Position numbers and translations under genes: made by a program. Under the pieces are notes generated by a model. The model saw only the letters and a program-made list of their open reading frames with translations, did no database searches and was not told the DNA's origin. Shown here piece by piece: positions 36,541 to 46,576 of a stretch of 64,000 nucleotides of DNA (positions are counted from its first letter, which is position 1; each line of letters starts with the position of its first letter). The DNA is from an uncultured archaeon (GTDB lineage: Archaea; Thermoproteota; EX4484-205; JAAOZP01), in the NCBI GenBank assembly GCA_938045545.1, contig CALIBN010000002.1, positions 100,493 through 164,492 of the forward strand, in the 5' to 3' direction.

Positions 36541-37587
36541 TTGAGTAAGCTGACACTAGCCTGGCTCATGCCTGTTTCCCGCAGAATCGATGCCTTCATA
36601 AGCAGGGAGATAACGAAATTCTACGATGATGCTTCTGAAAAGGGATTGATAGACGGTGAGGAGGCTGAGGCTCAGCTTGAGAAAGCACTTTCTCATAAGA
36701 CGGATTTTGTAACAGCGCTCAAGATAAGTGTGCCAGTCAACTGGAGAAGCAGCGTTTCATACAGGCTTTGGAGGAGCGAGGGCAGTGCTTCCGGCTTTAC
36801 AACGATGCTGAAAACCATGAGGGACAGGAGGATGTACGATTTAGCAACAACCTTCGCAATAGCCTTGAAGTCTGGAGACATTAGGGACGAGGCTTTCGAC
36901 GAGAAAGAATTCGTGAAGCCCGAGGAGTACGAGTTTAAAATAAGGATTGCTGATAATCTTGAGAGCCTGGTCAACAAGAGGGTTAGAGAAATACACAGAG
37001 AAGGGTTTGCCGAAAGATATTTTAAAGGAAGGGAAGAGGTTTTCAACTATGAGTTTAAAGACCTGAAGTACGCTGAGCTTTTCAGAAAAGGGGAATACGA
37101 TAAAATACTTTCTCTCTACGAGGATTTGAAGGAAACCTGGCACGGTAAGACGGCTGGGATAGGAGAGAGAGTGGTTTCACTTACTCTTTTTGAGGCAGGC
37201 ATGCTTGACGAGGAGCCTGATGCCTGTGAAGCTATAGTGAAGTACCAGTGGGCAATCACCAACATCTGGATGTGGAGCGACGAGATGAAAGACCTTTTCA
37301 CCAACCTTAAGGAGAGCAGTATTAACATGCTTATCGTGGAATGCTTGAAGAACGGGCTTAGAAGAGTTGATGAGCAGTCGGTTAAGGATTTCATCGCAAG
37401 GAACCCTAGCATCCTAGATGAGCCGGTTAAGGAGTATTTCCAGCTTGCGAGAAGCATTAAAGACAAGATGAGAAGATATCCGTGGATAAACATGATGGAT
37501 TACTCGGAAGGGGCTAAGATAGTTTTCAAAAAGTTTGAAGAAAGGAAAAGAAGCCTGCTGAAAGCAATCGGCGTCGGAAAAACGTAG
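36541..37587 (+). CDS. Hypothetical all-alpha protein, possible class I isoprenoid synthase fold
   Basis: 348-aa ORF; GKTAG and WSDEMKDL..NLKESSIN resemble the KT and second DDxxD motifs. Confidence 0.6.
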   Translation: MSKLTLAWLMPVSRRIDAFISREITKFYDDASEKGLIDGEEAEAQLEKALSHKTDFVTALKISVPVNWRSSVSYRLWRSEGSASGFTTMLKTMRDRRMYDLATTFAIALKSGDIRDEAFDEKEFVKPEEYEFKIRIADNLESLVNKRVREIHREGFAERYFKGREEVFNYEFKDLKYAELFRKGEYDKILSLYEDLKETWHGKTAGIGERVVSLTLFEAGMLDEEPDACEAIVKYQWAITNIWMWSDEMKDLFTNLKESSINMLIVECLKNGLRRVDEQSVKDFIARNPSILDEPVKEYFQLARSIKDKMRRYPWINMMDYSEGAKIVFKKFEERKRSLLKAIGVGKT

Positions 37588-37754
37588 CGGGCTTACCGAA
37601 GCCGCCCAGCTTTCTTTAAACCTTCCGATACCAGAGGCTCCGCCTTACGATGCCCGCGATACGAGGCTTAGCCGTCTGAAAGTAGCGTTATCTTCCGGCA
37701 AACTGTTTATAAACAGTGGCGAGCAATCTATGAAGGCTAGAGGTTTAGAGCAGC

Positions 37755-38954
37755 ATGAGGAAAAACAGTATTGCTGTGATCACCACCCTAACCATAATCT
37801 TACTGGGTGTTTTCAACAGTACTGTTAAAGCCCCTGTAGGCTGGAAAGCATACTACTATAGGCTTAAAATATGCTTCATAAACAAGGGTTCAGGCAGCTA
37901 CACTCCTACTCTGGAGGACAGGTTATTCCTAATCTTCCCAAATACTTCAATCCAAAAAACGTATATTTATGAAGTCGAACCGAGCGTTAAGCGGGTTTTC
38001 ACGGATGAAGATGGCAATCTGCTTGCAGAACTAGATTTCCCGGAGACCATTAAACCAGGTGGAAACATTACTGTGAGAATCATAGTAATGGTTAACCTAA
38101 CCTTCAGAAGCCTGCCTGAAATCTCCGTCAACTCCTCCGGAAGCTTTTCAGACATACCTGCTACGCTTGCGCACTATACTGTTTCAAGCGGTGCCTGGAG
38201 GTATAGGGATGAAGGTTTAAAGCATATAGCTGAGCTTGCCGCTGAGATCAAAGGTAACGATACAAACCTGCTCAGAGTAGTTTGTAAAATGGTCGAGTTC
38301 ATAGGGGAGAGGGTTAGTTATCCCGAGGGGGAAGAATTAAGACCCCCACAGTACCCGAACCAGACGCTGCCCAGCACCGGGGAAACAGGCCGGGGAGACT
38401 GCGACGACCAGTCTGCACTCCTAATAGCCATGCTCAGATCAGTTGGAATACCTGCTTATCTTCAAACTGGGGGAGTGGTTTCACCTTTCTACAGTGTCAG
38501 CGGGGAAACATGGGGTGGACACTTAACCGTGGTTTCAAAAGGAATAGGATGGCACGGATGGGTTGAAGCCTATATTCCGCCGTGGGGCTGGCTCCCCGTG
38601 GACATAACTTACGGGTACTATTCTCGCCGCCGAGACCCGTTGTCGTCGATAAAGTATTCCGCGTCAGCACGCGAGCTTATGCTTGAATCCGAGAGATACT
38701 CGTCTATAGATTTTGTGGCGGAGTATTTAAAGACGAGGGAGAGGATCGTGGGCAGCAGTATCTTCATACGCATGGAGGAAGAGGTTTCTGAGACTCCTTT
38801 CCCTGATAAGGGTTCTCAACAGGTAGAGCAGCCTGAGGAAAACATGGTGCCGTCTACACTGTTCCTTCCAATTCTGGCAGCGAGCATAGTTACGCTTACT
38901 ATTTTCATTTTGCTGAAGCGAGCACCCCCCAGGTTTAAGGGAAGAATAGTGTAA
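37755..38954 (+). CDS. Membrane-anchored transglutaminase-like (papain-fold) protein
   Basis: Signal peptide; GDCDD Cys, HGWVE His and W.PVD Asp triad; C-terminal TM. Confidence 0.88.
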   Translation: MRKNSIAVITTLTIILLGVFNSTVKAPVGWKAYYYRLKICFINKGSGSYTPTLEDRLFLIFPNTSIQKTYIYEVEPSVKRVFTDEDGNLLAELDFPETIKPGGNITVRIIVMVNLTFRSLPEISVNSSGSFSDIPATLAHYTVSSGAWRYRDEGLKHIAELAAEIKGNDTNLLRVVCKMVEFIGERVSYPEGEELRPPQYPNQTLPSTGETGRGDCDDQSALLIAMLRSVGIPAYLQTGGVVSPFYSVSGETWGGHLTVVSKGIGWHGWVEAYIPPWGWLPVDITYGYYSRRRDPLSSIKYSASARELMLESERYSSIDFVAEYLKTRERIVGSSIFIRMEEEVSETPFPDKGSQQVEQPEENMVPSTLFLPILAASIVTLTIFILLKRAPPRFKGRIV

Positions 38955-39033
38955 AATACTGCTTTCAAAGCGGCGCACACCCATGATCGAGAGAAATAGG
39001 TTTAAATCATCCCTCTGAAGCATATATTTCTCG

Positions 39034-39273
39034 TTGCCGGGTAAGAAATCAGAATGGATAGGCATACTCCTGCTCACAGCAGGCCTATTCGGGGGAATGA
39101 TGTTTTTCAAGGAGACGCTCTACTTTCTAACGTTAACGATCCTACTGATAATGATTATGGTAGTATACGTTTTATTCAACTCTAGAAGGAAGAATTCTTT
39201 TAAGAAGATCGGTGAAAAGCCTAAGCAGAAGAATAAGGCCAGTCCAAGCGAGAACGTCGATGAAAAGGAATAG
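39034..39273 (+). CDS. Small 2-TM hypothetical protein
   Basis: Two hydrophobic helices plus charged tail; TATA-like TTTAAA upstream. Confidence 0.45.
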   Translation: MPGKKSEWIGILLLTAGLFGGMMFFKETLYFLTLTILLIMIMVVYVLFNSRRKNSFKKIGEKPKQKNKASPSENVDEKE

Positions 39274-39498
39274 AGGGTCGAACTTAACGTCAACGTATTT
39301 CGCGGTCCTAATGTCTATAATCTGGGTTAGAAAAGGGAGGGGGAGGCCGTTTTTAACATAGTGGTATGGTTCTGAAGGGCTGTAGAGCCCGATTAACCCT
39401 GTCGCAAGGGTTAAAGCAAGCGCTTTCAGAAGCAGCACGCCTTTTTCTCGAAGCCTTACTCCACCCTTTTTCAAAGTGTTAAGCTTGAAAAACGCCAA
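39172..39498 (-). CDS. Small membrane hypothetical protein
   Basis: TM, GLPLPFL loop, second TM with D..F.ID...W; start codon uncertain. Confidence 0.5.
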   Translation of the reverse strand: MAFFKLNTLKKGGVRLREKGVLLLKALALTLATGLIGLYSPSEPYHYVKNGLPLPFLTQIIDIRTAKYVDVKFDPLFLFIDVLAWTGLILLLRLFTDLLKRILPSRVE

Positions 39499-39540
39499 GA
39501 ATATTAATCTTGCGAAACAGTGTAAGGAGGCAGAGAAACA

Positions 39541-40377
39541 GTGTTCGAGGACGCGCTTGAGAAAATCGGCAGAATGACCGAGGAGGAAACGGTTAGGCTC
39601 TGCGAAGAGGCTTTTGAAAAACTGAGCAGGGAGCCGCCGGTCTTAAGGCTGAATTGCGAAAAAACCCTGGTTGTCGGAGACCTTCACGGGGATTTGGAGT
39701 CTTGCGTAAACGCTCTGCGCCTGGCGAAGCTTAGCGACGCTAAGGCTGTTTTCCTCGGGGACTATGTCGACAGGGGGCCGTATCAGAGCAGCGTTATAAA
39801 CCTTCTCTTACGGATGAAAAACGACAATCCTGATGCAATATTCCTATTAAGGGGCAACCATGAAACTCCTTCGATGAATTTTTCATACGGTTTTCTAAAC
39901 CTTCTCGCCAGAAGGTTCGGAAAAGTTTACGAGAAGGTTTACGAAGCGTACTTGAAAGTTTTCTCGGAAATGCCTTTAGCGGGGATAGTTAACAACAGGA
40001 TAATGCTGGTTCACGGAGGACTCGCCGAGGGGCTTCAGAGGATCGAGGAGCTTGAAAAAGCCGGTAAGGGAGATTTTGAACCCGAGGACAAAAGGGTTTT
40101 CGAAACGCTCTGGAACGATCCTTCTGAAGACGTTGAAGAATTCTCATCCAACCCTAGGGGACCGGGGATCCACCGTTTCGGCGGAAAGGCTCTTGAAAGA
40201 TTTCTGAGGAACAATGGTCTCAGAATGATGGTGAGGAGTCATGAGCCCGTCCCACAGGGCTATCGTATCCTTTTCAACGGACTCTTAATAACCATATTTT
40301 CCTGCAGGTTCTACGGAGTGAGGCCTACAGCATTAGAATTGAAGGAGGAGAAATACCTTTTTAAAAGCTTAGAATAG
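39541..40377 (+). CDS. PPP-family Ser/Thr protein phosphatase
   Basis: GDLHG, GDYVDRG, LRGNHE, HGG, LWNDP, RSHE and TIFS motifs. Confidence 0.93.
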   Translation: MFEDALEKIGRMTEEETVRLCEEAFEKLSREPPVLRLNCEKTLVVGDLHGDLESCVNALRLAKLSDAKAVFLGDYVDRGPYQSSVINLLLRMKNDNPDAIFLLRGNHETPSMNFSYGFLNLLARRFGKVYEKVYEAYLKVFSEMPLAGIVNNRIMLVHGGLAEGLQRIEELEKAGKGDFEPEDKRVFETLWNDPSEDVEEFSSNPRGPGIHRFGGKALERFLRNNGLRMMVRSHEPVPQGYRILFNGLLITIFSCRFYGVRPTALELKEEKYLFKSLE

Positions 40378-40488
40378 AAGATTGCGTGCTAAGCGTGCAT
40401 AACGGCTTGCTGCAAAAAGCTTTGAGCCTGCTTTAATAAGGGTGTTGAAAGATAAGCTTATAAACACAGGTTGAAGCAAGATGCCAAG

Positions 40489-40824
40489 ATGAGCTCTGAA
40501 ATAAGCATGGATGACTTCAAGAAGGTTAGGATGGTTGTCGGAACAATAGTGTCCGCTGAAAAGGTTAAGGGTTCTGAAAAGCTTCTGAAGCTTCAGGTGA
40601 GCCTAGGAGGGAATGTAACAAAACAGTCGGTAGCAGGCCTTGGAGCATTCTATACTCCGGAGCAACTCGTCGGTAAACAATACGTTTTCGTGACTAACCT
40701 TAAGCCGGCTGTCCTGATGGGACAGGTTTCAGAAGTAATGATTCTTGCAGCCGTTGAAGGAAAGAACAGGGTAGCGTTAATATGCCCCGACAGTAGGATT
40801 TCAGACGGCTCCTCAGTAACATAA
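40489..40824 (+). CDS. Stand-alone tRNA-binding OB-fold protein (MetRS C-terminal/Trbp111/CsaA-like)
   Basis: DDFKKV..VGTI, KLLKLQV, AGL..FY.PE.LVGK and NLKPAVLMGQVSEVMIL motifs. Confidence 0.9.
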   Translation: MSSEISMDDFKKVRMVVGTIVSAEKVKGSEKLLKLQVSLGGNVTKQSVAGLGAFYTPEQLVGKQYVFVTNLKPAVLMGQVSEVMILAAVEGKNRVALICPDSRISDGSSVT

Positions 40825-40832
40825 GGCTAAAG

Positions 40833-41888
40833 CTAGGCTTTCAGTATTCGGTATCCAGCTGCTTTCCTAAGCCTGTTCTGTATAGCCATGCCAATGCCTT
40901 CTTCAGGAAAGCCCTCGGCCACTATAATGTCCGGGTTCATCCTGTCAAGGCTCCTCAGCGCCGGGTAGATTCTTCTCGCCACAAGGTCAAGCCTATTCCT
41001 CGGGGCGAGTGCCTCCAGCATGACTTGCCCAGGTAGTCGCAGTGCAGTCTCCTCTGAAACCATGCATCCTACTTTCAAACCTGATTTCAAGTATTCCTCA
41101 ACCGTTTCAACTATTTTTGCAGCCTTCCTCTCGTAATCGTCTCCTTCCACGACGATCATGTCAGCCCTGGGAGCATAGTGCCTATACTTCATGCCGGGAG
41201 AAGCAGGAACCCCTTCGAAGCCGCCGGACAATATTGAAGGATGCACCTCAACATCGCCAAGGTATTTCCTAAGGATCTCGAGAGGAATAGGGCCCGGCCT
41301 GAGTATGACAGACCTGTTCTCAGACACCTGGATAACAGTCGACTCAACCCCTATGAATGTTTCACCGGCGTCAATTATCATGTCTATCGAGCCGTTTAAA
41401 TCCTCGTACACGTCCTTAGCGTTAGTCGGGCTCGGCCTGCCTGAAAGATTAGCGCTTGGAGCAGCTATCGGAGAGCCCAAGTGCTCGATTAGCCCTAGTG
41501 CAACATTGTGGGCGGGCATTCTTACGGCGACTGTTTCAAGACCCGCCGACACGACTGGAGGAACCTTTAGGGATCTGGGAACAACTATTGTCAACGGGCC
41601 GGGCCACAGCTCCCTGATCAGTTTCTCAGCCCTACGGGGAACACTGGTTGAAACCTGGTTGAGCATCTCCATGCTTGAGACATGCACTATAACAGGGTTG
41701 TCCGGGGGCCTCTTCTTAGCCGTGAATATTTTCAGAACAGCATTCTCGTTGAAAGCGTTGGCCCCAAGGCCGTATACAGTCTCGGTTGGAAAGGCTACGA
41801 GCCCACCTGACTTCAGGACCGCCGCCGCCTCCTGAAGCACCTTCTTAGAGGGGCGATGCTTATCCGTCTTAAGAACCCTTGTCAACAA
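40833..41888 (-). CDS. sua5: Threonylcarbamoyl-AMP synthase Sua5 (t6A)
   Basis: FPTETVYGLG, KxRPxDNP, PSANLSG, SPGMKYRHYAP; Sua5 C-terminal domain. Confidence 0.96.
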   Translation of the reverse strand: MLTRVLKTDKHRPSKKVLQEAAAVLKSGGLVAFPTETVYGLGANAFNENAVLKIFTAKKRPPDNPVIVHVSSMEMLNQVSTSVPRRAEKLIRELWPGPLTIVVPRSLKVPPVVSAGLETVAVRMPAHNVALGLIEHLGSPIAAPSANLSGRPSPTNAKDVYEDLNGSIDMIIDAGETFIGVESTVIQVSENRSVILRPGPIPLEILRKYLGDVEVHPSILSGGFEGVPASPGMKYRHYAPRADMIVVEGDDYERKAAKIVETVEEYLKSGLKVGCMVSEETALRLPGQVMLEALAPRNRLDLVARRIYPALRSLDRMNPDIIVAEGFPEEGIGMAIQNRLRKAAGYRILKA

Positions 41889-42015
41889 CCAGCGTTACAT
41901 AGATTACTAGCCTGTTAATAACATTTTTCCACTGAACTTTCCCTTGGCCAATGGAATGCTTAAGCCGAGGAACAAAAGGGATAAAAACAGGTTAAACAGA
42001 TGTTTAGCGAGAGAA

Positions 42016-42563
42016 ATGCGTGTGGAGATAGTTAGCCTCACGGAGGAGAATCTTGTTGAAGCCCCGGAATGGGATGAGCATCCTTTCAGCTGCAAGTACT
42101 GCATATACTGGGAGTCTCCGGAAGAGTGCGTAGAGCCTTCCGGAGAGAACAGGGGAAAACGCTGGCTAAGAAGCTCGACTGGTTGAGGAGCACGAGAAAA
42201 GTGTTTGGCGACTGTGGAAAGCTAATTTATGTAGAAGGGAAGCCCGTCGGCTACGCGCAGTATGCTCCCCCAAAGATGCTCCCGCGTTCAGCCGAGTACC
42301 CTGCGGGACCGCCCAGCGGGGACGCGGTGTTGATCTCATGCCTTTTCATCGCTGAAAAGGAATACAGGAGGCGTGGGCTCGGTAAGAAGCTTCTGCAAAG
42401 CGTAATTGAGGATTTAAGGAGGAGGGGGGTTAAGGCTGTTGAAACCTTTGCTAGGAGAAATAATCCTAACAATCCGTCTGGGCCGATGGAGTTTTACTTG
42501 AAAAACGGGTTTATGGTTCTAAGGGACGACCCCGAGTTTCCGTTAATGAGGATAGAACTATAG
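42016..42563 (+). CDS. GNAT acetyltransferase split by a -1 frameshift near 42153-42159
   Basis: First frame MRVEIVSLTEENL...CKYCIYWE continues in the -1 frame as KTLAKKLDW...VGYAQYAP...ISCLFI...YRRRGLG...FYLKNGF. Confidence 0.75.
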
Positions 42564-42665
42564 GGAATAGAAACGTTTTATTCAGGCAAATAAGGTTTGA
42601 GCAACGTTTTTGAAAGGTTTTAGGTTTAAATGGGCAAGCCAACAACATTAGCCGGCGTTAGACCA

Positions 42666-42872
42666 ATGAAGGTTAAAGTGTTCATACAGAGGCTTCGCGA
42701 AACCAGGATTCTAGACTTAGAGGAGAACAGCAAGATTGAAGACCTTCTTAAGACATTAAGGATAAGCGTTTCTGAAGTAATCCCTGTTAAGAATGGAGTT
42801 ATAGTCACTGAGAAAGAGCCTCTTGGAGAAGGAGACGAGATTAAGCTGCTGAGCGTTGTCTCAGGCGGTTGA
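42666..42872 (+). CDS. Ubiquitin-like sulfur carrier (MoaD/ThiS/SAMP)
   Basis: Beta-grasp size, C-terminal VVSGG; directly upstream of ttuA. Confidence 0.9.
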   Translation: MKVKVFIQRLRETRILDLEENSKIEDLLKTLRISVSEVIPVKNGVIVTEKEPLGEGDEIKLLSVVSGG

Positions 42873-42875
42873 AGC

Positions 42876-43829
42876 ATGGTCTGTGAAGACTGTGAGAACA
42901 GGCCTGTCTACATTTCTTTAAGTGGAAGAAGCCTATGCAGCAAGCATTTTAAAAAGTATTTCGAGAAAAAAGTCATGCGGACAATTAAGAGGTACAGCTT
43001 AATCGAATACGGGGAGAGAATTCTAGTAGCCTGCTCAGGAGGCAAGGACAGCATAGCTCTGCTAAGCTTCCTCTTGAGGCTTATGAAGAATAAGCGTGAA
43101 AACATTGCTGCGATAGCTGTGGACGAGGGCATAAGCGGATACAGGGATGTGAAGCTCAACGGTCTGGTTGAATTCTGCGAGGAAAATAATATACCTCTGC
43201 ATACTTACTCGTTCAAGGAGCAGTATGGTTTCACGCTGGACGAGGCCGTTAAAATATCTAGAGAGAACAGGCTTAAAATAAAGCCCTGCTATATTTGTGG
43301 AGTACTCAGGAGAAGCCTGATAAACACTTATGCGAGGAGGCTCGGCTTCTCTAAGGTCGCTACAGGCCACAATCTGGATGACGAGGCGCAGACGATCCTC
43401 ATGAACTATCTCAGGGGGAACCCGTCGCTCCTAGCTAGGCTCGGCCCAAAGACGGGTATTGTTGAAGACGAGGGTTTCATCCAGAGGGTTAAGCCGTTCT
43501 ACTTCTGCACGGAGAAGGAGGACGCTATTTACGCGATCCTGACAGGTATTGAAGTAGACTTTGTGGAATGCCCCTACCATGTTGAGAACTATAGGCTTGA
43601 GATAAGGGATTTCCTGAACAGGCTTGACTCGACCATACCCGGGGTTAAGCACAGTCTTGTAAACAATTTTCTCGAAATACTTCCGCTCCTAAAGAGGGAA
43701 TACTCGGGCCGCAGCATAGGGCGCTGCAGGGTTTGCGGAAACCCTTCAGCGGGGGAGGTCTGCAGAGCATGCATGGTCGTGGAGAAAATAAAGCCGTTTC
43801 TAGGCGGGAATGTGAACCTTGAGCAGTGA
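42876..43829 (+). CDS. ttuA: tRNA 2-thiolation protein TtuA/NcsA (Ctu1-like)
   Basis: N- and C-terminal Zn fingers, SGGKDS PP-loop, CYICG, TGHNLDDE and CPY motifs. Confidence 0.93.
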   Translation: MVCEDCENRPVYISLSGRSLCSKHFKKYFEKKVMRTIKRYSLIEYGERILVACSGGKDSIALLSFLLRLMKNKRENIAAIAVDEGISGYRDVKLNGLVEFCEENNIPLHTYSFKEQYGFTLDEAVKISRENRLKIKPCYICGVLRRSLINTYARRLGFSKVATGHNLDDEAQTILMNYLRGNPSLLARLGPKTGIVEDEGFIQRVKPFYFCTEKEDAIYAILTGIEVDFVECPYHVENYRLEIRDFLNRLDSTIPGVKHSLVNNFLEILPLLKREYSGRSIGRCRVCGNPSAGEVCRACMVVEKIKPFLGGNVNLEQ

Positions 43830-44097
43830 GGCAGCTAGGTCAACATTCATCTTCCCGGAGAACAGGCTTAGGCTCGCCCATCTGCTTAGGAGGAATGGTT
43901 TCAAAGTTAGAATGCACGGGTACGAGTACCTGGTTGCATACGGCAGCATGTTTCTATGCTTAATACTTCTCCAGCCTTCGGAAGGCACTGTCTTAATCAG
44001 AGAGTTTAAATGGATAAAGGAGTCCAGTAAGCTGGTTGAGAGAATAGTCGGGCTGATTAGAACGCTTGACGCAGCGTCAAGAATAATAGTCTACTAG
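43819..44097 (+). CDS. Hypothetical protein
   Basis: 92-aa ORF overlapping the ttuA stop. Confidence 0.55.
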   Translation: MSSEAARSTFIFPENRLRLAHLLRRNGFKVRMHGYEYLVAYGSMFLCLILLQPSEGTVLIREFKWIKESSKLVERIVGLIRTLDAASRIIVY

Positions 44098-44141
44098 GCT
44101 GGCAACCTTTTTAAAACCCTGCCTACAGCTCTAAGCCCCAT

Positions 44142-45575
44142 ATGCAGAACCTGGAGAAGCCGATGCTTCTAGACACTACTTTGAGAGAGGGTCTTCAAAC
44201 CCCCGGAGTATACTTCACGCTTGAGGAGAGGATTACGATAATGAGGGAGCTAGATAAGTCCGGTATAGAGCTTATTGAAATAGGATCCCCATACACTGGC
44301 GAGGGTGAGAGAAGGATCGTGGCCGAGTTAAGCATGGTGAAAACAAGAGCCCTTAAAGCAGCCCATTGCAGGGCTTTAGAGTCGGATGTTGATACTGTTC
44401 CAGACGGTGTTGACTGGGTTGCTCTCTACCTCTCCCCCGCCGACAGGCATCTGGAAGCGAAGTTTGAAAAAATAGCTGACAAGAGGGGGTTCGTCCTAAC
44501 CCAGGTTCCAAGGGCCATCAGGTATGCGAAGAACAGGGGCTACAGGGTGAGGTACACGGCTGAAGACGCTTTCAGAGCAGACCTAGGCTTCCTGAAACAG
44601 GTTGTCGAGAAAGCTATTGAGGCGGGAGCTGACTCTATCAGTCTACCCGATACTTCAGGAGGAGCCTCTCCTACCGACGTTAGAAGGGTCTACGGTGAGA
44701 TAAGCAGGCTTATAAGGGATAGAAACCACCGAAGCCTGATAGAGGCTCATTTTCACAACGACATGGGTATGGCTCTCGCAAACACTATGGAGGCCTGGAT
44801 GAGCGGGGCAAGGATACTCCACGGATCCATGAACTGGCTTGGAGAGCGGGCGGGGATACCGGATACGCTCATCATGGCAACATGGATGAAAATCAAACAC
44901 GGGTATGAGTATGACTTGGCGAATCTCACTAGGCTTGCAGAATACGTGGAGAAGGTTTCAGGGATCAACATACCTCCGAACAATCCTGTTTCAGGAAGAA
45001 ACGCTTTCACCCATACTGCGGGCACTCATCAGAAGGCTGCTTTCAGAGACCCTTTAACATACCAGCCTTTCGACGCAAGCATGGTCGGCAGGGAAAGCAG
45101 TTTCGCCCTTGGACCCATGGTTGGAAGCGAAGGCGTTAAGGCAGCCTTGAAGAAGAGGGGGGTTGAAACAGACAGGCTTGAGGAGAAAGTGTTTGAAGAG
45201 ATAAGGGACAGGGTTAAGTCAGCATATCTTCTACACGGTAGAGGAGCCTCAGCCATGGAGAACATAATAATAGCGGAAGTGTTGAACAGGACTGGAGTAG
45301 CAAAGATAACTCTTCCGGAGAGCATTTCAGCACGAATACTCATAGATGTTGAGAGCATGGGGGACAAGGATTTCGAGGATTTCTGTAGAGAACTGCTTGC
45401 AAGAAACAGAGGGGTTACTGAGATAATTGAAATATGGGGCTCATCCTTCGACTACATGGCTATGGTTGACAGTGTTTCGAGCCTGAAGGAGCTTGACAAT
45501 ATTGTTAATGGTTTTAGAAGGGCGAAGGGAGTTTTGAAGACAGAAACCCTGATAACGGGGAAAAAGATAAGATAA
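44142..45575 (+). CDS. Homocitrate synthase-like LeuA-family enzyme with C-terminal RAM (Lrp/AsnC ligand-binding) domain
   Basis: DTTLREGLQTPG, HFHND, LGERAG and HTAGTH motifs; C-terminal EIWG.FDYMAMV...L......R...GV..TETLI RAM domain as in Sulfolobales HCS. Confidence 0.85.
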   Translation: MQNLEKPMLLDTTLREGLQTPGVYFTLEERITIMRELDKSGIELIEIGSPYTGEGERRIVAELSMVKTRALKAAHCRALESDVDTVPDGVDWVALYLSPADRHLEAKFEKIADKRGFVLTQVPRAIRYAKNRGYRVRYTAEDAFRADLGFLKQVVEKAIEAGADSISLPDTSGGASPTDVRRVYGEISRLIRDRNHRSLIEAHFHNDMGMALANTMEAWMSGARILHGSMNWLGERAGIPDTLIMATWMKIKHGYEYDLANLTRLAEYVEKVSGINIPPNNPVSGRNAFTHTAGTHQKAAFRDPLTYQPFDASMVGRESSFALGPMVGSEGVKAALKKRGVETDRLEEKVFEEIRDRVKSAYLLHGRGASAMENIIIAEVLNRTGVAKITLPESISARILIDVESMGDKDFEDFCRELLARNRGVTEIIEIWGSSFDYMAMVDSVSSLKELDNIVNGFRRAKGVLKTETLITGKKIR

Positions 45576-45939
45576 TGCTTCGAATCAGGATCGTCGACAC
45601 TACTCTAAAACCTTCAAGCATCTCTACGTGTCTAGCCCCCATACCTTTCAGAAAATATAGAAAAAGGCTACAGGGTTCGCAACCATCGGATTGGAGGGGC
45701 ATTGGAGCCCATGGTTCAGGAGGGAGCACATGGAGAGACTCGGCTTTAAATCCGTCGATTCCATCAGGGTTAGGCACGCAGTGAAACATACTGGCCAGTG
45801 TTTCAAAATACACTTAATGCGGTTTCCGATTGTCGAGAATGCAAGTCCTCCGAAGTGCGATAAGTAGAGGCTTCTTAGAGGCGTGAGCTTCTGTCTAGCC
45901 CACCCTCTTTACAATCCGGAGAGGCTGGGAATCAAATAA
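45575..45939 (+). pseudogene. Degraded GNAT-type acetyltransferase remnant (internal deletion, frameshifts, in-frame stop)
   Basis: Fragments in different frames: CLAPIPFRKYRKR / GFATIGLEGHWSPWF / MERLGFKSVDSIRVRH...IHLM...PPK.DK*RLLRGVSFCLAHPLYNP. Confidence 0.5.
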
Positions 45940-46037
45940 ATTTTAAGGAAGACATAGCTTTCTGAACATGTTTTCTATCTGGTTTGCAAAACTGATTATG
46001 AAAAAGGTTAAATCAGACGCTGAACAGTCTTCTCAAC

Positions 46038-46532
46038 ATGCTCATCGGCCTGATAAGCGATACCCACGACCATTTGAAGATGATCGAGAGAGCAGTATCC
46101 TTTTTCAACGAGAAGAAAGTGGAGACTGTGCTCCATGCTGGCGATGTTATAAGTCCATTTACAGTCAGGAAGTTTAAAGAATGCAGGGCGAGGCTGATAC
46201 TTGTTTACGGTAATAACGATGGCGACAGAAGTAACCTTCAAAAAGTGTTCTCCGAAATAGGCGCCCAATTTTACTGGCCTGCGGCTATGCTTGAATTAGA
46301 CGGTAGGAAAACGTTAGTTTTACACGGGGAGGATTTGAGGCTAATTGAAGAGATAGCAAGCAAAAACATGTTTGACCTAATAGTGTCAGGCCATACGCAT
46401 GAGAAAAGCGTAAGAAGGACAGGGGGAACACTTTGGGTTAATCCTGGCGAGGCATGTGGATACTTGACGGGAAAGTCGACAGTCGGCATATACGATTCCT
46501 CCACTCATGAAGCGGAGATAGTTGAGGTTTAA
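46038..46532 (+). CDS. YfcE/MJ0936-family metallophosphodiesterase
   Basis: SDTHD, HAGD, GNND, HG, GHTH and NPG motifs. Confidence 0.92.
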   Translation: MLIGLISDTHDHLKMIERAVSFFNEKKVETVLHAGDVISPFTVRKFKECRARLILVYGNNDGDRSNLQKVFSEIGAQFYWPAAMLELDGRKTLVLHGEDLRLIEEIASKNMFDLIVSGHTHEKSVRRTGGTLWVNPGEACGYLTGKSTVGIYDSSTHEAEIVEV

Positions 46533-46576
46533 ACAGCTAAAATTTTATATAAAGCGTCCTAGAAGGAGGCTGGGAA

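Noticed and set aside
37621-37684. Possible C/D sRNA (GGCTTAGCCGT-CTGA could pair with the 16S 5' region)
   Set aside because: No credible C or C' box, and the putative guide is itself a palindrome
45575-45784. Apparent duplicated LeuA N-terminus (IVDTTL)
   Set aside because: Similarity stops after a few residues; downstream fragments fit a degraded GNAT-type gene better
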